A DNA stretch of 26,352 nt from a virus (lineage: Duplodnaviria; Caudoviricetes), in IMG/VR virus record IMGVR_UViG_3300007539_006571, positions 1-26,352 of that record. The stretch is one strand, 5' to 3'. Below the pieces are notes generated by a model. It searched no databases, was not told where the DNA came from, and saw nothing but the letters and a program-made list of their open reading frames with translations. The translations under genes were made by a program, and so were the position numbers. This document shows positions 7,342 through 16,572 of this stretch, piece after piece (within the stretch, counting starts at the first letter, position 1; each line of letters opens with the position of its first letter).

Positions 7342-8289
7342 ATGGCTGGAAATAGTAAGAAAAAAAGCGATATTTCAAATATTCCTCAGAGAGTAAGACA
7401 ACAACTTGACTCTCTAACCCCAGAGGAAAGAGCGAAATATGAAGGCTTTGGCGGAACAAAAAAAGTAGAATCAATTCCAGAGTTTATTCAATCTGATTGC
7501 GAAACTGTATTTAAGGGAGAAAATAATAGTTGGATTGTTTTGGGCAGAGATAGACCTGCTGGTGTGTTTTCTGGACACGGTGGGTCTGGAGCAAGCCACG
7601 CTGCTTCTATAGATTTGTGTGTTGGTCGTGGTGGTGCTAAAACAGATAGAGTAGATAAAAATGATGCTCCATTATACATAAACAATGATTTTAAAAGTGA
7701 TGCAGCCAGAATATATATAAGTCAAAAAACAGATATTGATAGAAACTTTGGTATTGTCCCCGGTATTCACGGCAACCCGCCTCATAGATCTGGTATAGGA
7801 ATCAAAGCAGATAATGTTAGGGTTGTAGCAAGAGAAAGCATCAAACTTATAACAAAAACAGATGATACAAACTCAAGAGATGGAAAGGTAAATGCCACTC
7901 TTGGTATCCAACTGATTGCTGGAAATGATGATTCTGATATGCAGCCTCTTGTAAAGGGAGATAATCTATTGGAAGTGTTAAATATCATTATTGATGATAT
8001 TCAGAGACTGACACAAATAATGCATTCTATGACGATGACACAGATTGCTTTTGATGTTGTGCTTCAAGCACATACTCATCCTGTATCTGTAGCGGGAATC
8101 CCAACTCCATTGATAACCTATCCTTCCCCGGAGGTTGCTATTGCAGGAGGAATAAAGAATATAAAAACAATCGTTATTGATGCTCCATCGCAAATTATTG
8201 AAACTATTAATGGAGTTATGACTAATATTTCATATTTAAAGAAATGGGGTTCAAGATCAATATTGAGCGATCACAACTACACTAATTAG
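7342..8289 (+). CDS. Baseplate central spike (gp5 C-terminal / P2 gpV-like beta-helix) with HxH apex motif
   Basis: SD AGGAG at 7332-7336. Short beta-strand repeats (NSWIVLG, ARIYIS, GIGIKADNVRVVARESIKLIT), QPLVKGDNL, AHTHP at 8068-8082. Confidence 0.7.
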   Translation: MAGNSKKKSDISNIPQRVRQQLDSLTPEERAKYEGFGGTKKVESIPEFIQSDCETVFKGENNSWIVLGRDRPAGVFSGHGGSGASHAASIDLCVGRGGAKTDRVDKNDAPLYINNDFKSDAARIYISQKTDIDRNFGIVPGIHGNPPHRSGIGIKADNVRVVARESIKLITKTDDTNSRDGKVNATLGIQLIAGNDDSDMQPLVKGDNLLEVLNIIIDDIQRLTQIMHSMTMTQIAFDVVLQAHTHPVSVAGIPTPLITYPSPEVAIAGGIKNIKTIVIDAPSQIIETINGVMTNISYLKKWGSRSILSDHNYTN

Positions 8290-8300
8290 AGCATATTCAA

Positions 8301-11300
8301 ATGAGCCAAGATTTATATTTTAAAGTCCCAGTTAATAATAATATTAAGTTGAAATCAAGTGTTTCAATGAGATTGCCCTTAATGGATAATGAGGCATATG
8401 GGCATATTTTTGTGAAATCAAAAACTGGTGAAGGAAATGTTAAATACCAAGTATCATTGGAAAGTTTATTAAAAATGAATGCGGCACAGGCTGCCGAACT
8501 TGTTAGTAGAGCATTTATTCCAAAAGCAATCAGATATGCTCTTGGATATCACTATTTTGGATACCCGCTTGTCAACACAAGCACTGATTCAGAAGGCAAT
8601 TTATATTTCCCACGTTTTGGTAAAACTGAAAATTTTAATGGCATTGATGCTGCGACGGGACAAAACCTTGGAACTCCTATAGAAATAGCAACAAAACTTG
8701 GACTTAATAATCCTGATTATTATAGAGCAAATTTATATGAATATTTAAGGGGCACATTCGGAGAGAGTTCTGGTCAGACAGGCACTTTTACCAATTGGTT
8801 TAACGCCAAAGTAGATCCAATATCTCAAACAGTTAATGGTGGAAATGTTATTGGGGAAAAGGATGTTAAGGTTGGGACACAAAATGTTTTCTATGATGAT
8901 ATCCACCAGCCATTAACGAAAACACACGCAAAAATGTGGAACCCCGGTTCAAAAACTGCGATGTATCTCGGTGGATCTACTCCTCCATATAATAAAGGCT
9001 TTGACGGAGTAAAATCAGACAAAGTTTTTAGTAACTTTTTGTCTACTAATATCGGTCAAAATGGAGCACTTCGTTATTTGGTTGGTCCAAAGGCAAACAG
9101 CAAATGGTATTACGATCAAGGTCCAGCAACTACACAAGAACAAAAAGATTTTAAAACATCAAATCTTATTACATCTTTCAATCTTCTTCCCGCTGGAAGC
9201 ACAAGCGATTTAGCAGCAGCACTCGCATATGGTCTTGCACCAAATACCGCTGTTGATGCTTCATTGCCAAAAATATGGAGTTATATTATCAACGTTGCGC
9301 CTAAGATTACTGCGACAGAGGCAAGAGGAATATATACACAATCAGTTCAGGCTAAAGACGGACAGGGATTTGAGCCAGATCCTTTAAAGTTTATTATTAG
9401 TGCGGTTGATAATACTTCTCTCGGCAAACAAGATCCCACAAAACAAGGTTCGCCAATAGTTAAGCCGGAAGATTTAAAAACACTTGGATTTACAAATGTT
9501 TTAGGAGGATATTATCCAAAAACGGAAGTTCAAGATGTAGACGAATCAAACCTTACAGCATATGCTGGTGCAGATTTGATATTCTTACCGAAGAATATTA
9601 AAGCATATAGAGTAATGAAATCTCTTGCAAAATTAGGTATGGCTTTTGAAGGATACTCAGATCCATCTGATGGTGATGGCGGAAATGCAACGACTTCTCA
9701 ATGGCTTAACCAATATGATCCAAAAAGATCTGGATTCTTGGTCAAAGAACTGGAAGAAAAAGGCTTTGAAGGAACTATAAACTTAGAAGATCTTCAACAG
9801 TATTTTGATGATACTGGTTCAAAGTATTACATTGAAAAACATTATGTAAATGGTAAAAAGTGGGAAGAGTATCTAAAAAATTGGGATGCCGGAGGAATAT
9901 ACGAAATAACCGATCCCTTGACATATATGAAGTCGTTCTCAGACTGGTTTTGTGCTGGATTTTATAAAAAAATACCAAAAGGTGCAAAAACAACAAGCAA
10001 TTTTACCAAACTTGCCAATACTTCAAGAACAACAGATTTTAAGTTTCCAGTATGGTCTTATAGTAAAGAAAAACTTGCCGCCATTGGATATGAAAGAATC
10101 ATAGATTCAGATTCTCAATCAAGTTTAAATCAATTTAAAACAGAAATTCAAAATAATCCAGAAGTTTTATTACAGGAAAATACGGCAACACCAGACTGGG
10201 TTAACAGTATCCAAATATATCCTTCTATTACAGAAGAATATATTGGGTATGGAATTGCTTTAGCAGATCAAAATAATCTATATTCTACCAATAATACATT
10301 AGCAAAAGCGGGATGGCTTCAGGCGCAAGAAGAGTTATACTCTTTTAAGAGTAATGAAGCCTATAGAGATGTTGCCTTATCTCACGTTGCAACTTGGAAA
10401 GGATATAAGACGGGACAAAATTGGAATGGATCAGCGGGTTTACCTTGGATTGGTATAGATATTGATGATAATGGTGTTCCATATGCTGAACTTCGTTATG
10501 TTCTTGAGTTAGAAATAGATGAAGCAAAACTAATCACAGATATGGTGAGGAGAAATGTTTTTACTCCAAACGGAGAAGCCTCACAATATGAGGCTGCTGG
10601 TTTTGATATAGACCAGTTAGTTTTGGCTTCCAAGGGAAATGTATATAACGAGAGTTTAAAAGTTGCATATGCAGAAGCAGTGGTAAAGGACACAGGTCCA
10701 AGCATAGATTTTTCAGAGTTTCCATTTTTGGTAACTGGAGAAAGCGAGGTAGGTCAAGTCCTTCCAAATGAAATATATTTAGAAGCACAAAAGGTAGTTG
10801 ACGCAAGACAAGATCCTAAATCTGTTTCAAGTATAGTATTCTCAAAAGAAGGATTAAAAACGGTTGCTTTCAAAGAAGCACCGGGACCAAGAGCAAAAAA
10901 TATTGGCTATTTAGACAACTTAACTCTTGTAAGAGTGATTCAAGAGTCTGTCAATGGAAAAGGGCAATACAATAAAGTAGAAGTTGTAGACCTCAGATCA
11001 CAACGAGAAGGTCAAATAGGGTATATTGAGCCAAAAGATTTAGTAACTTTAAATCCTCCAACAACACCAGTTGTAGATTCAGAAGGTAAAACAGTAATAT
11101 TGACCATTGATTATCCAAAGTTTTTCAACGATCAATTCAAGCAGGAAGGATATACTTTAGGAGAAACAGAAATATTACCAATGTCTGAAATGGCAAGGGC
11201 ACTGGTTCCAACTTGGTGGAAAAATAGGGAGCCTTATTACCACAGAGAAGAAGGCAATTACTATATCACTGTTGTATTGCCTTATCAGTGTATTACAGAT

Positions 11301-14300
11301 AAAGCAGATTTAGATAGTAAAAAGAAAGAAGCAGTAAAGAAAGGTATTGTAAAGTTACTGGACTATTACAATAAACAATATCAGCCATCAGATATTGATA
11401 AGTTAGCAGAAACTTACTTAGCAACAGAATATGTTGATTACAATATAGATTTGCGTCCCGGCTCATATGTTAAGATGTTGGTTAAAGTTGGGGGAATTTA
11501 TCTTAATGGGTTCCCGACTGAGCAAGATAATCTACAAGAGTTAAAGCAGCAAACCGATAAAGTTATTTCTTTGGATGCGAGTTTTTATCAAAAGCATTTA
11601 GAGCAAGCAGTATTTGGCTTAAATAAACTTTATATTGAGTTGTTTGCTTCAAACTTTGCCCTTAAAGGGTTTAATATAATCAAAGAAGCGCAACGTTTAG
11701 AAAGCATAGACATTTATATTAAAAAACTAATATTATTAAATGGATATGACCTCAAAAAGCCGGGGAACCACGTTATTGATGTTGGGTTTACGGACGAATA
11801 TAAAGTCGTATATATCTCGTACAAAGAAGAGGGTTCTGAAGAAAAGTTATTATCAATAGGATTTAAAACAATAAGCAACTTAAGTCCGTTTATTGATAAA
11901 AATACTATGGCTTTATTCTATTATCATCGCCAACTCCGTAACCCCACCCTTACTTGGCAAAAGTTGGTAAATGAATATTTGCCAGAACCAAAACCACAAA
12001 TCGTTCAAAAATCTTTTGGTGATGGAGGATTTGACCATCCATCCAATCGCTGTGCTCCTCCGAGTTTTGTAGGACCAGATTTTTCATCTATTATAGAAGG
12101 GCTTGCTTCTCGTTTGGATCAGCAGTTAGATATTGATCCACGATTTGATCTTGGAGCATTTGAGTTTAGTTTAAGATCATTCTTACCGCCTTGCCCCAAG
12201 CCTCCTTCTGGAAGAGGAGATGCTTTATTTAAAACAGTAGTTGATTTAAATGGGGAACAAAATGTATATGAAAATCTTGATATTCTTTTCAATCTTACAC
12301 AAGAGAGAGATAGGATACAAGAATATGTGGGAGACTTTTTAACTTCAGCAACAGCATTAAGGGATATTAGAAATAAAGTTGTAAATTTAGATGATTTACA
12401 CAAATATGTTACATCTATGATAGATGTTCCAACTTTATACAATACGCTTTGTAGATGTTTCATAGATATTGCTGGAATTGAAGATATTACTCTTCCGAAC
12501 TTTGAAATGAAAGCATCTGGAGGATCTGTCGGGGCATCCCCTTCCGCAGCCCTTCAGGGAAAATCAAAAGACGAAATATTACAAATGAAAGGTCCAAGTG
12601 CTGATATTAGCACTGAGCCACTCACTGTAGACGCAGCAGACTTATATTGTTCTTTCTGTTTAGAAGTTCCAGATCTTTTTATTAGATTGCCAACCACTAA
12701 CATATTACAGTTTATGATTGATGCGTTGATGAAACTTCTTGAGTTTATTCTCTCGCAACTATTGTTGGAACTCATTGCCGCATTATTGGAGGCATTACTT
12801 ACTTGTCCTGATATTCAATGTCCTCCGGGACAAGGAAATCTAAAAGATTATGGAGGTCAAGATCTCAACAATATTCTTGATAAAACAGGAGTAGGACCAA
12901 ATGAGAAAAGTCAGTTCTTTGATGCTTGTGGAGTAACTGGTATTTCAGAGCAAGATATACAATCTTTCTTAAGTAATGTTTCAAATAGTCTGACTTCTGG
13001 TGAGGTTTTAGATCTTTTTGATGGATCTGCTGATATTGAAGTATACCAAAACATTCAAAAAATATTAGCAGAATATCCTACTTTGCAAGAGCAAATGCCA
13101 TCAAAATCAAAGATAGAAGACTTCTTTACTTGTATGGGCTTGCAAATGCCTATAGAGATTATTGACGAGATTGAAAAAGACATCGCAACAAAATTTAAAG
13201 ATCCAGAAATATGCAGAGACATATTAGAAGATACGAAAGGTATTTTGGAAGAAAAATGCGGTATTGTAAGCGATGCTGACAAAATTGCTGCTCGTGCTGA
13301 AGGAACAGATGTAGAAAAATATAAAACATTAGCAGACATCATTAGAAGGCACAATGACCTTTCTACCCAATTGCCAGCATTGTTCTCAGATGGAAAAGGT
13401 AGTTCTGGGCTGATGTCACAGATCAACACCCCAACAATGGAATATGCTGTTGAAAAAGCAGCAACATCTCTTGTTCTTCCGATTGAAGTAGCCCTTACGC
13501 AAGAAAGTAGAGCGTATACAAGGGGTAGTTCAACAAGAGGTTTAATCATTGAAGATCCAAACCTTAAGCAAATAACAGCATTTCCGCAGTTTGTTGCTGC
13601 TGCATTGGCTCCATATTTGCCAAACTTAAAAAATAGAATAGTAAATGATGTAGATACAAATGCTATTGGTGGTATAAGTGAGTCTATTATTTCCGTTAAA
13701 AGCGAAAATGGTTTTATAATGCAAGTCAACGCAGATAACTTGACTACTTTATCTCTTAAACCACCTGTTAAGAAAAACGGAAAACTTACTTATACAGACA
13801 ACTTTAATATCTTTGTAAAAGATAACAGACTTGGGGACTTTAATATTAGCCCAACAACTGTTGGAGGTATATCCGAAGAACAAGAAAAACTGCTAGATAA
13901 ATACCCTTTATTTGATGATCAGAACTATTCAGAGCAATCTCAATATTTTTCAAGTCTTCTTTTAAATCACTTTGGTCTTGGTCAAGAAACTAATCTTGGA
14001 GAACAAACACAGGTAATCATAAAAGATGATACAGCAACAGAGCAAATGAAAAAACTCGCAGCAAAAAATATATTCTTTTCAATATACGAAAGTATGTTTA
14101 GAGAAATAGGGTCAGCAATATCTGAAGGAGAACTATTAAAATTCTTTGATGTTGGCATTTTTGATCAAATAAACGAATCATCATATGCTTCAGCCGCTGA
14201 CAGGATTCCTTTGGCTGGTGGCTTAACAGCCCTATTCTCTTTGCTAGGAGAGTTAAAAGTATACAGATCAGAAATAGAAAATATTGACTTTACACCAACA

Positions 14301-16109
14301 GATTCATCAACATCATCAGATACGCTTGGTATGATTAACTTTCCTCTTGTAAAGGAAATAATAAAGAAAAACTATGACTTTTCACAATATTACGATCCAA
14401 ACAGCGAAGAACTGGGTATGCCTCATCACGCTATGTTGGAAGGATTAATTACAGCAACAGTTCAAATGTTTGTCGCAGACTTCTTTGTAAAATCAATATT
14501 TGTCATTTCAAAGATTCCTATTGATTTCTTTATGGACGACTATTCTTTGATTGATGTTATTGTAAAAGAAATGGAACTGTTTATGAGTCAGAAAGTATCG
14601 TCATCTCAAGCCAGTTTCTTTAAAGAAGCAGTTCTCAGAGTTATATCAAACAAGTCCGAGTGGGAGTTTAACAGTCCTGAAAATACAAAATATAACTCTC
14701 CCGGAAAAATATATGATGCTTCTCTCGCTAAAGAGGTTAATATTAACAACTGGAAAGATGCTACAAAATATTTTATCAGACAATATTATAAGTCTGCCGT
14801 TATTTTCGTAAAAGATAGACTTAATAAAACAGAACTAAAAGACAATGGTGTAGTAATATCTGGAAAGAAGAGAATAGAACAGATCAATCCACTTACGCTG
14901 TTGTCATATCCAAATATTTTGGAGATTTACGACTCTGTTTCTAATAAAGACATTGGCATAAGTTCAATATGCTCGGCAGAAAGAATAAATGAGTTTAAAG
15001 ACGGTAAGTTCTTTTATCAATATTATTATGAATTGGTTGATTGGGATGAAGGAGAGCCGCTTTATAATCAAAAACTCATAAAAGCAAGAAAGTTAAACGG
15101 ATATAACGGCAAACTTAGTGCCGAGAAAATGAGAGAGTTTTTAAAAAATATGTATCTCGGCTTAACTTATCAAGATCTTGGAATTTATGGATTTGAAATA
15201 ACAGCGGATTATGGATTTACTTCTGGTTATATAGATAAACTAAAATCAGAAACTAATGCGGATAAGTCTGTCAATGTTCCTCTTAAGAGTTTATTTAAAG
15301 ATATTAGAATAGGCGTAAGGCATTGTTATGGATATGCTTACACTGGTGATAGCATTGTTGGTGATAATGGAAATATATATATAATGGAACCAAACCAGAC
15401 ATTAAAAGAAATACAAAGCGTTATGTTCACCTTGTTTTACGGAAACGCAGCAAATAGTAGTTTGAATAATGGTTTCTTTGATGGGGCAACAAAAAAAGAT
15501 ATATCAAGTTTAGAAACAACAATACAAGATACAATAAAGCGAGAAAAAAGCATAAGACTAATAGAAAATGAAGTAGCAGCAACGGATGGAAAAGATGAAG
15601 AAAGAATTTCTTATATTTTCCCCTTAATAGAAAGATCTACTTCTATAGCCAACTGGGATGAAGGATATTTACCTCAAGATAAAGGGGGATTGGTCACTTT
15701 TGATAAAGGATTGTATGAAATAGTCCACGGTATTAATAATGAAGATTTCTCATATACAAATGGAACCGTCCAAGGAAAGATCGGAGATCTTTTCTTTGAA
15801 GAAAGAATACAGACAATAACTTTTAATCTTCTAAAAGATATGATTAACTCTGATGATTTTCAGTTGATCTACAAATATTGTTTCTCAGTTCCAAAAATAT
15901 TATACACAATGTCTATTTATAGTATCTTGGCTGTCTCTTCCCCAAGGGTAAATAATGCTTTTGATAGAACTAAAAAAACAATATTTGATCAAATCAAAAT
16001 GGTCGGAGATGTAAAAGGCAACGAAGCATACAAGCAAGAGCCTGATTCTATTAAACAGCAGGGTGGACCATCTGGGATAGCCAAAACAAGTATTAAAGGA
16101 GCACCATAA
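8301..16109 (+). CDS. Very large (2602 aa) putative virion protein with an SH3-like domain and a Cys-rich helical core
   Basis: Uninterrupted ORF between the spike and gp25 genes; SH3b-like segment at about 10855-11045; 12 of 17 Cys lie in 12051-13260. Confidence 0.85.
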   Translation: MSQDLYFKVPVNNNIKLKSSVSMRLPLMDNEAYGHIFVKSKTGEGNVKYQVSLESLLKMNAAQAAELVSRAFIPKAIRYALGYHYFGYPLVNTSTDSEGNLYFPRFGKTENFNGIDAATGQNLGTPIEIATKLGLNNPDYYRANLYEYLRGTFGESSGQTGTFTNWFNAKVDPISQTVNGGNVIGEKDVKVGTQNVFYDDIHQPLTKTHAKMWNPGSKTAMYLGGSTPPYNKGFDGVKSDKVFSNFLSTNIGQNGALRYLVGPKANSKWYYDQGPATTQEQKDFKTSNLITSFNLLPAGSTSDLAAALAYGLAPNTAVDASLPKIWSYIINVAPKITATEARGIYTQSVQAKDGQGFEPDPLKFIISAVDNTSLGKQDPTKQGSPIVKPEDLKTLGFTNVLGGYYPKTEVQDVDESNLTAYAGADLIFLPKNIKAYRVMKSLAKLGMAFEGYSDPSDGDGGNATTSQWLNQYDPKRSGFLVKELEEKGFEGTINLEDLQQYFDDTGSKYYIEKHYVNGKKWEEYLKNWDAGGIYEITDPLTYMKSFSDWFCAGFYKKIPKGAKTTSNFTKLANTSRTTDFKFPVWSYSKEKLAAIGYERIIDSDSQSSLNQFKTEIQNNPEVLLQENTATPDWVNSIQIYPSITEEYIGYGIALADQNNLYSTNNTLAKAGWLQAQEELYSFKSNEAYRDVALSHVATWKGYKTGQNWNGSAGLPWIGIDIDDNGVPYAELRYVLELEIDEAKLITDMVRRNVFTPNGEASQYEAAGFDIDQLVLASKGNVYNESLKVAYAEAVVKDTGPSIDFSEFPFLVTGESEVGQVLPNEIYLEAQKVVDARQDPKSVSSIVFSKEGLKTVAFKEAPGPRAKNIGYLDNLTLVRVIQESVNGKGQYNKVEVVDLRSQREGQIGYIEPKDLVTLNPPTTPVVDSEGKTVILTIDYPKFFNDQFKQEGYTLGETEILPMSEMARALVPTWWKNREPYYHREEGNYYITVVLPYQCITDKADLDSKKKEAVKKGIVKLLDYYNKQYQPSDIDKLAETYLATEYVDYNIDLRPGSYVKMLVKVGGIYLNGFPTEQDNLQELKQQTDKVISLDASFYQKHLEQAVFGLNKLYIELFASNFALKGFNIIKEAQRLESIDIYIKKLILLNGYDLKKPGNHVIDVGFTDEYKVVYISYKEEGSEEKLLSIGFKTISNLSPFIDKNTMALFYYHRQLRNPTLTWQKLVNEYLPEPKPQIVQKSFGDGGFDHPSNRCAPPSFVGPDFSSIIEGLASRLDQQLDIDPRFDLGAFEFSLRSFLPPCPKPPSGRGDALFKTVVDLNGEQNVYENLDILFNLTQERDRIQEYVGDFLTSATALRDIRNKVVNLDDLHKYVTSMIDVPTLYNTLCRCFIDIAGIEDITLPNFEMKASGGSVGASPSAALQGKSKDEILQMKGPSADISTEPLTVDAADLYCSFCLEVPDLFIRLPTTNILQFMIDALMKLLEFILSQLLLELIAALLEALLTCPDIQCPPGQGNLKDYGGQDLNNILDKTGVGPNEKSQFFDACGVTGISEQDIQSFLSNVSNSLTSGEVLDLFDGSADIEVYQNIQKILAEYPTLQEQMPSKSKIEDFFTCMGLQMPIEIIDEIEKDIATKFKDPEICRDILEDTKGILEEKCGIVSDADKIAARAEGTDVEKYKTLADIIRRHNDLSTQLPALFSDGKGSSGLMSQINTPTMEYAVEKAATSLVLPIEVALTQESRAYTRGSSTRGLIIEDPNLKQITAFPQFVAAALAPYLPNLKNRIVNDVDTNAIGGISESIISVKSENGFIMQVNADNLTTLSLKPPVKKNGKLTYTDNFNIFVKDNRLGDFNISPTTVGGISEEQEKLLDKYPLFDDQNYSEQSQYFSSLLLNHFGLGQETNLGEQTQVIIKDDTATEQMKKLAAKNIFFSIYESMFREIGSAISEGELLKFFDVGIFDQINESSYASAADRIPLAGGLTALFSLLGELKVYRSEIENIDFTPTDSSTSSDTLGMINFPLVKEIIKKNYDFSQYYDPNSEELGMPHHAMLEGLITATVQMFVADFFVKSIFVISKIPIDFFMDDYSLIDVIVKEMELFMSQKVSSSQASFFKEAVLRVISNKSEWEFNSPENTKYNSPGKIYDASLAKEVNINNWKDATKYFIRQYYKSAVIFVKDRLNKTELKDNGVVISGKKRIEQINPLTLLSYPNILEIYDSVSNKDIGISSICSAERINEFKDGKFFYQYYYELVDWDEGEPLYNQKLIKARKLNGYNGKLSAEKMREFLKNMYLGLTYQDLGIYGFEITADYGFTSGYIDKLKSETNADKSVNVPLKSLFKDIRIGVRHCYGYAYTGDSIVGDNGNIYIMEPNQTLKEIQSVMFTLFYGNAANSSLNNGFFDGATKKDISSLETTIQDTIKREKSIRLIENEVAATDGKDEERISYIFPLIERSTSIANWDEGYLPQDKGGLVTFDKGLYEIVHGINNEDFSYTNGTVQGKIGDLFFEERIQTITFNLLKDMINSDDFQLIYKYCFSVPKILYTMSIYSILAVSSPRVNNAFDRTKKTIFDQIKMVGDVKGNEAYKQEPDSIKQQGGPSGIAKTSIKGAP

Positions 16110-16111
16110 AA

Positions 16112-16507
16112 ATGGCGAAATATTCTCCATTATTACCATTGACGCTTGATCCTATTGATGGTTATAAGATGCTTGACACCATTAGAGATGTCGTTAAGCA
16201 GAACTTTAAAATGTTAATCCTTACAAATCCGGGAGAAAGGATGATGATTCCAGATTTCGGTGTAGGTATGTATACATTTTTGTTTGAGCAAGACAATCCA
16301 GTTTTGTATCAGAACATAGAGCAAAGAATATATTCTCAAACAGCAAAATACCTTCCATTTATTACAGTTCAGGACATTCAGTTTGAAAGTTTTGACACAA
16401 ATTCAGAGTTTTTTGAAGACAGAAGATTGAAAGTGACAGTTACTTATTTCATAAAACCCCTCAACGCTTCCGATGTGTTGTCTGTATCTGTTTCAAGTGG
16501 ATATTAA
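16112..16507 (+). CDS. Baseplate wedge subunit, T4 gp25 / P2 gpW-like
   Basis: VKQNFKMLILTNPGERMMIPDFGVG signature; YLPFITV; SD AGGAG at 16097-16101. Confidence 0.93.
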   Translation: MAKYSPLLPLTLDPIDGYKMLDTIRDVVKQNFKMLILTNPGERMMIPDFGVGMYTFLFEQDNPVLYQNIEQRIYSQTAKYLPFITVQDIQFESFDTNSEFFEDRRLKVTVTYFIKPLNASDVLSVSVSSGY

Positions 16508-16508
16508 T

Positions 16509-16542
16509 TGTTTACACATTGTAGGTAAACATTTGTTTTTTT
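16509..16542 (+). terminator. Weak intrinsic terminator candidate
   Basis: Inverted repeat TGTTTAC (16509-16515) / GTAAACA (16525-16531), 9-nt loop, then TTTGTTTTTTT. The stem is AT-rich, so stability is doubtful. Confidence 0.4.
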
Positions 16543-16543
16543 G

Positions 16544-16551
16544 ACTATTTA
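16544..16551 (+). promoter_or_regulatory. Candidate late promoter element ACTATTTA
   Basis: Same octamer as 5606-5613, also after a T7 tract, upstream of SD AAGGAG (16558-16563) and the GTG start at 16573. Confidence 0.5.
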
Positions 16552-16572
16552 CAAGTTAAGGAGAACAATAAC

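Noticed and set aside
13055-13729. 224-aa minus-strand ORF inside the 2602-aa gene
   Set aside because: Antisense shadow of a codon-biased gene; Ser/Ile/Phe-rich, with no recognisable motif.
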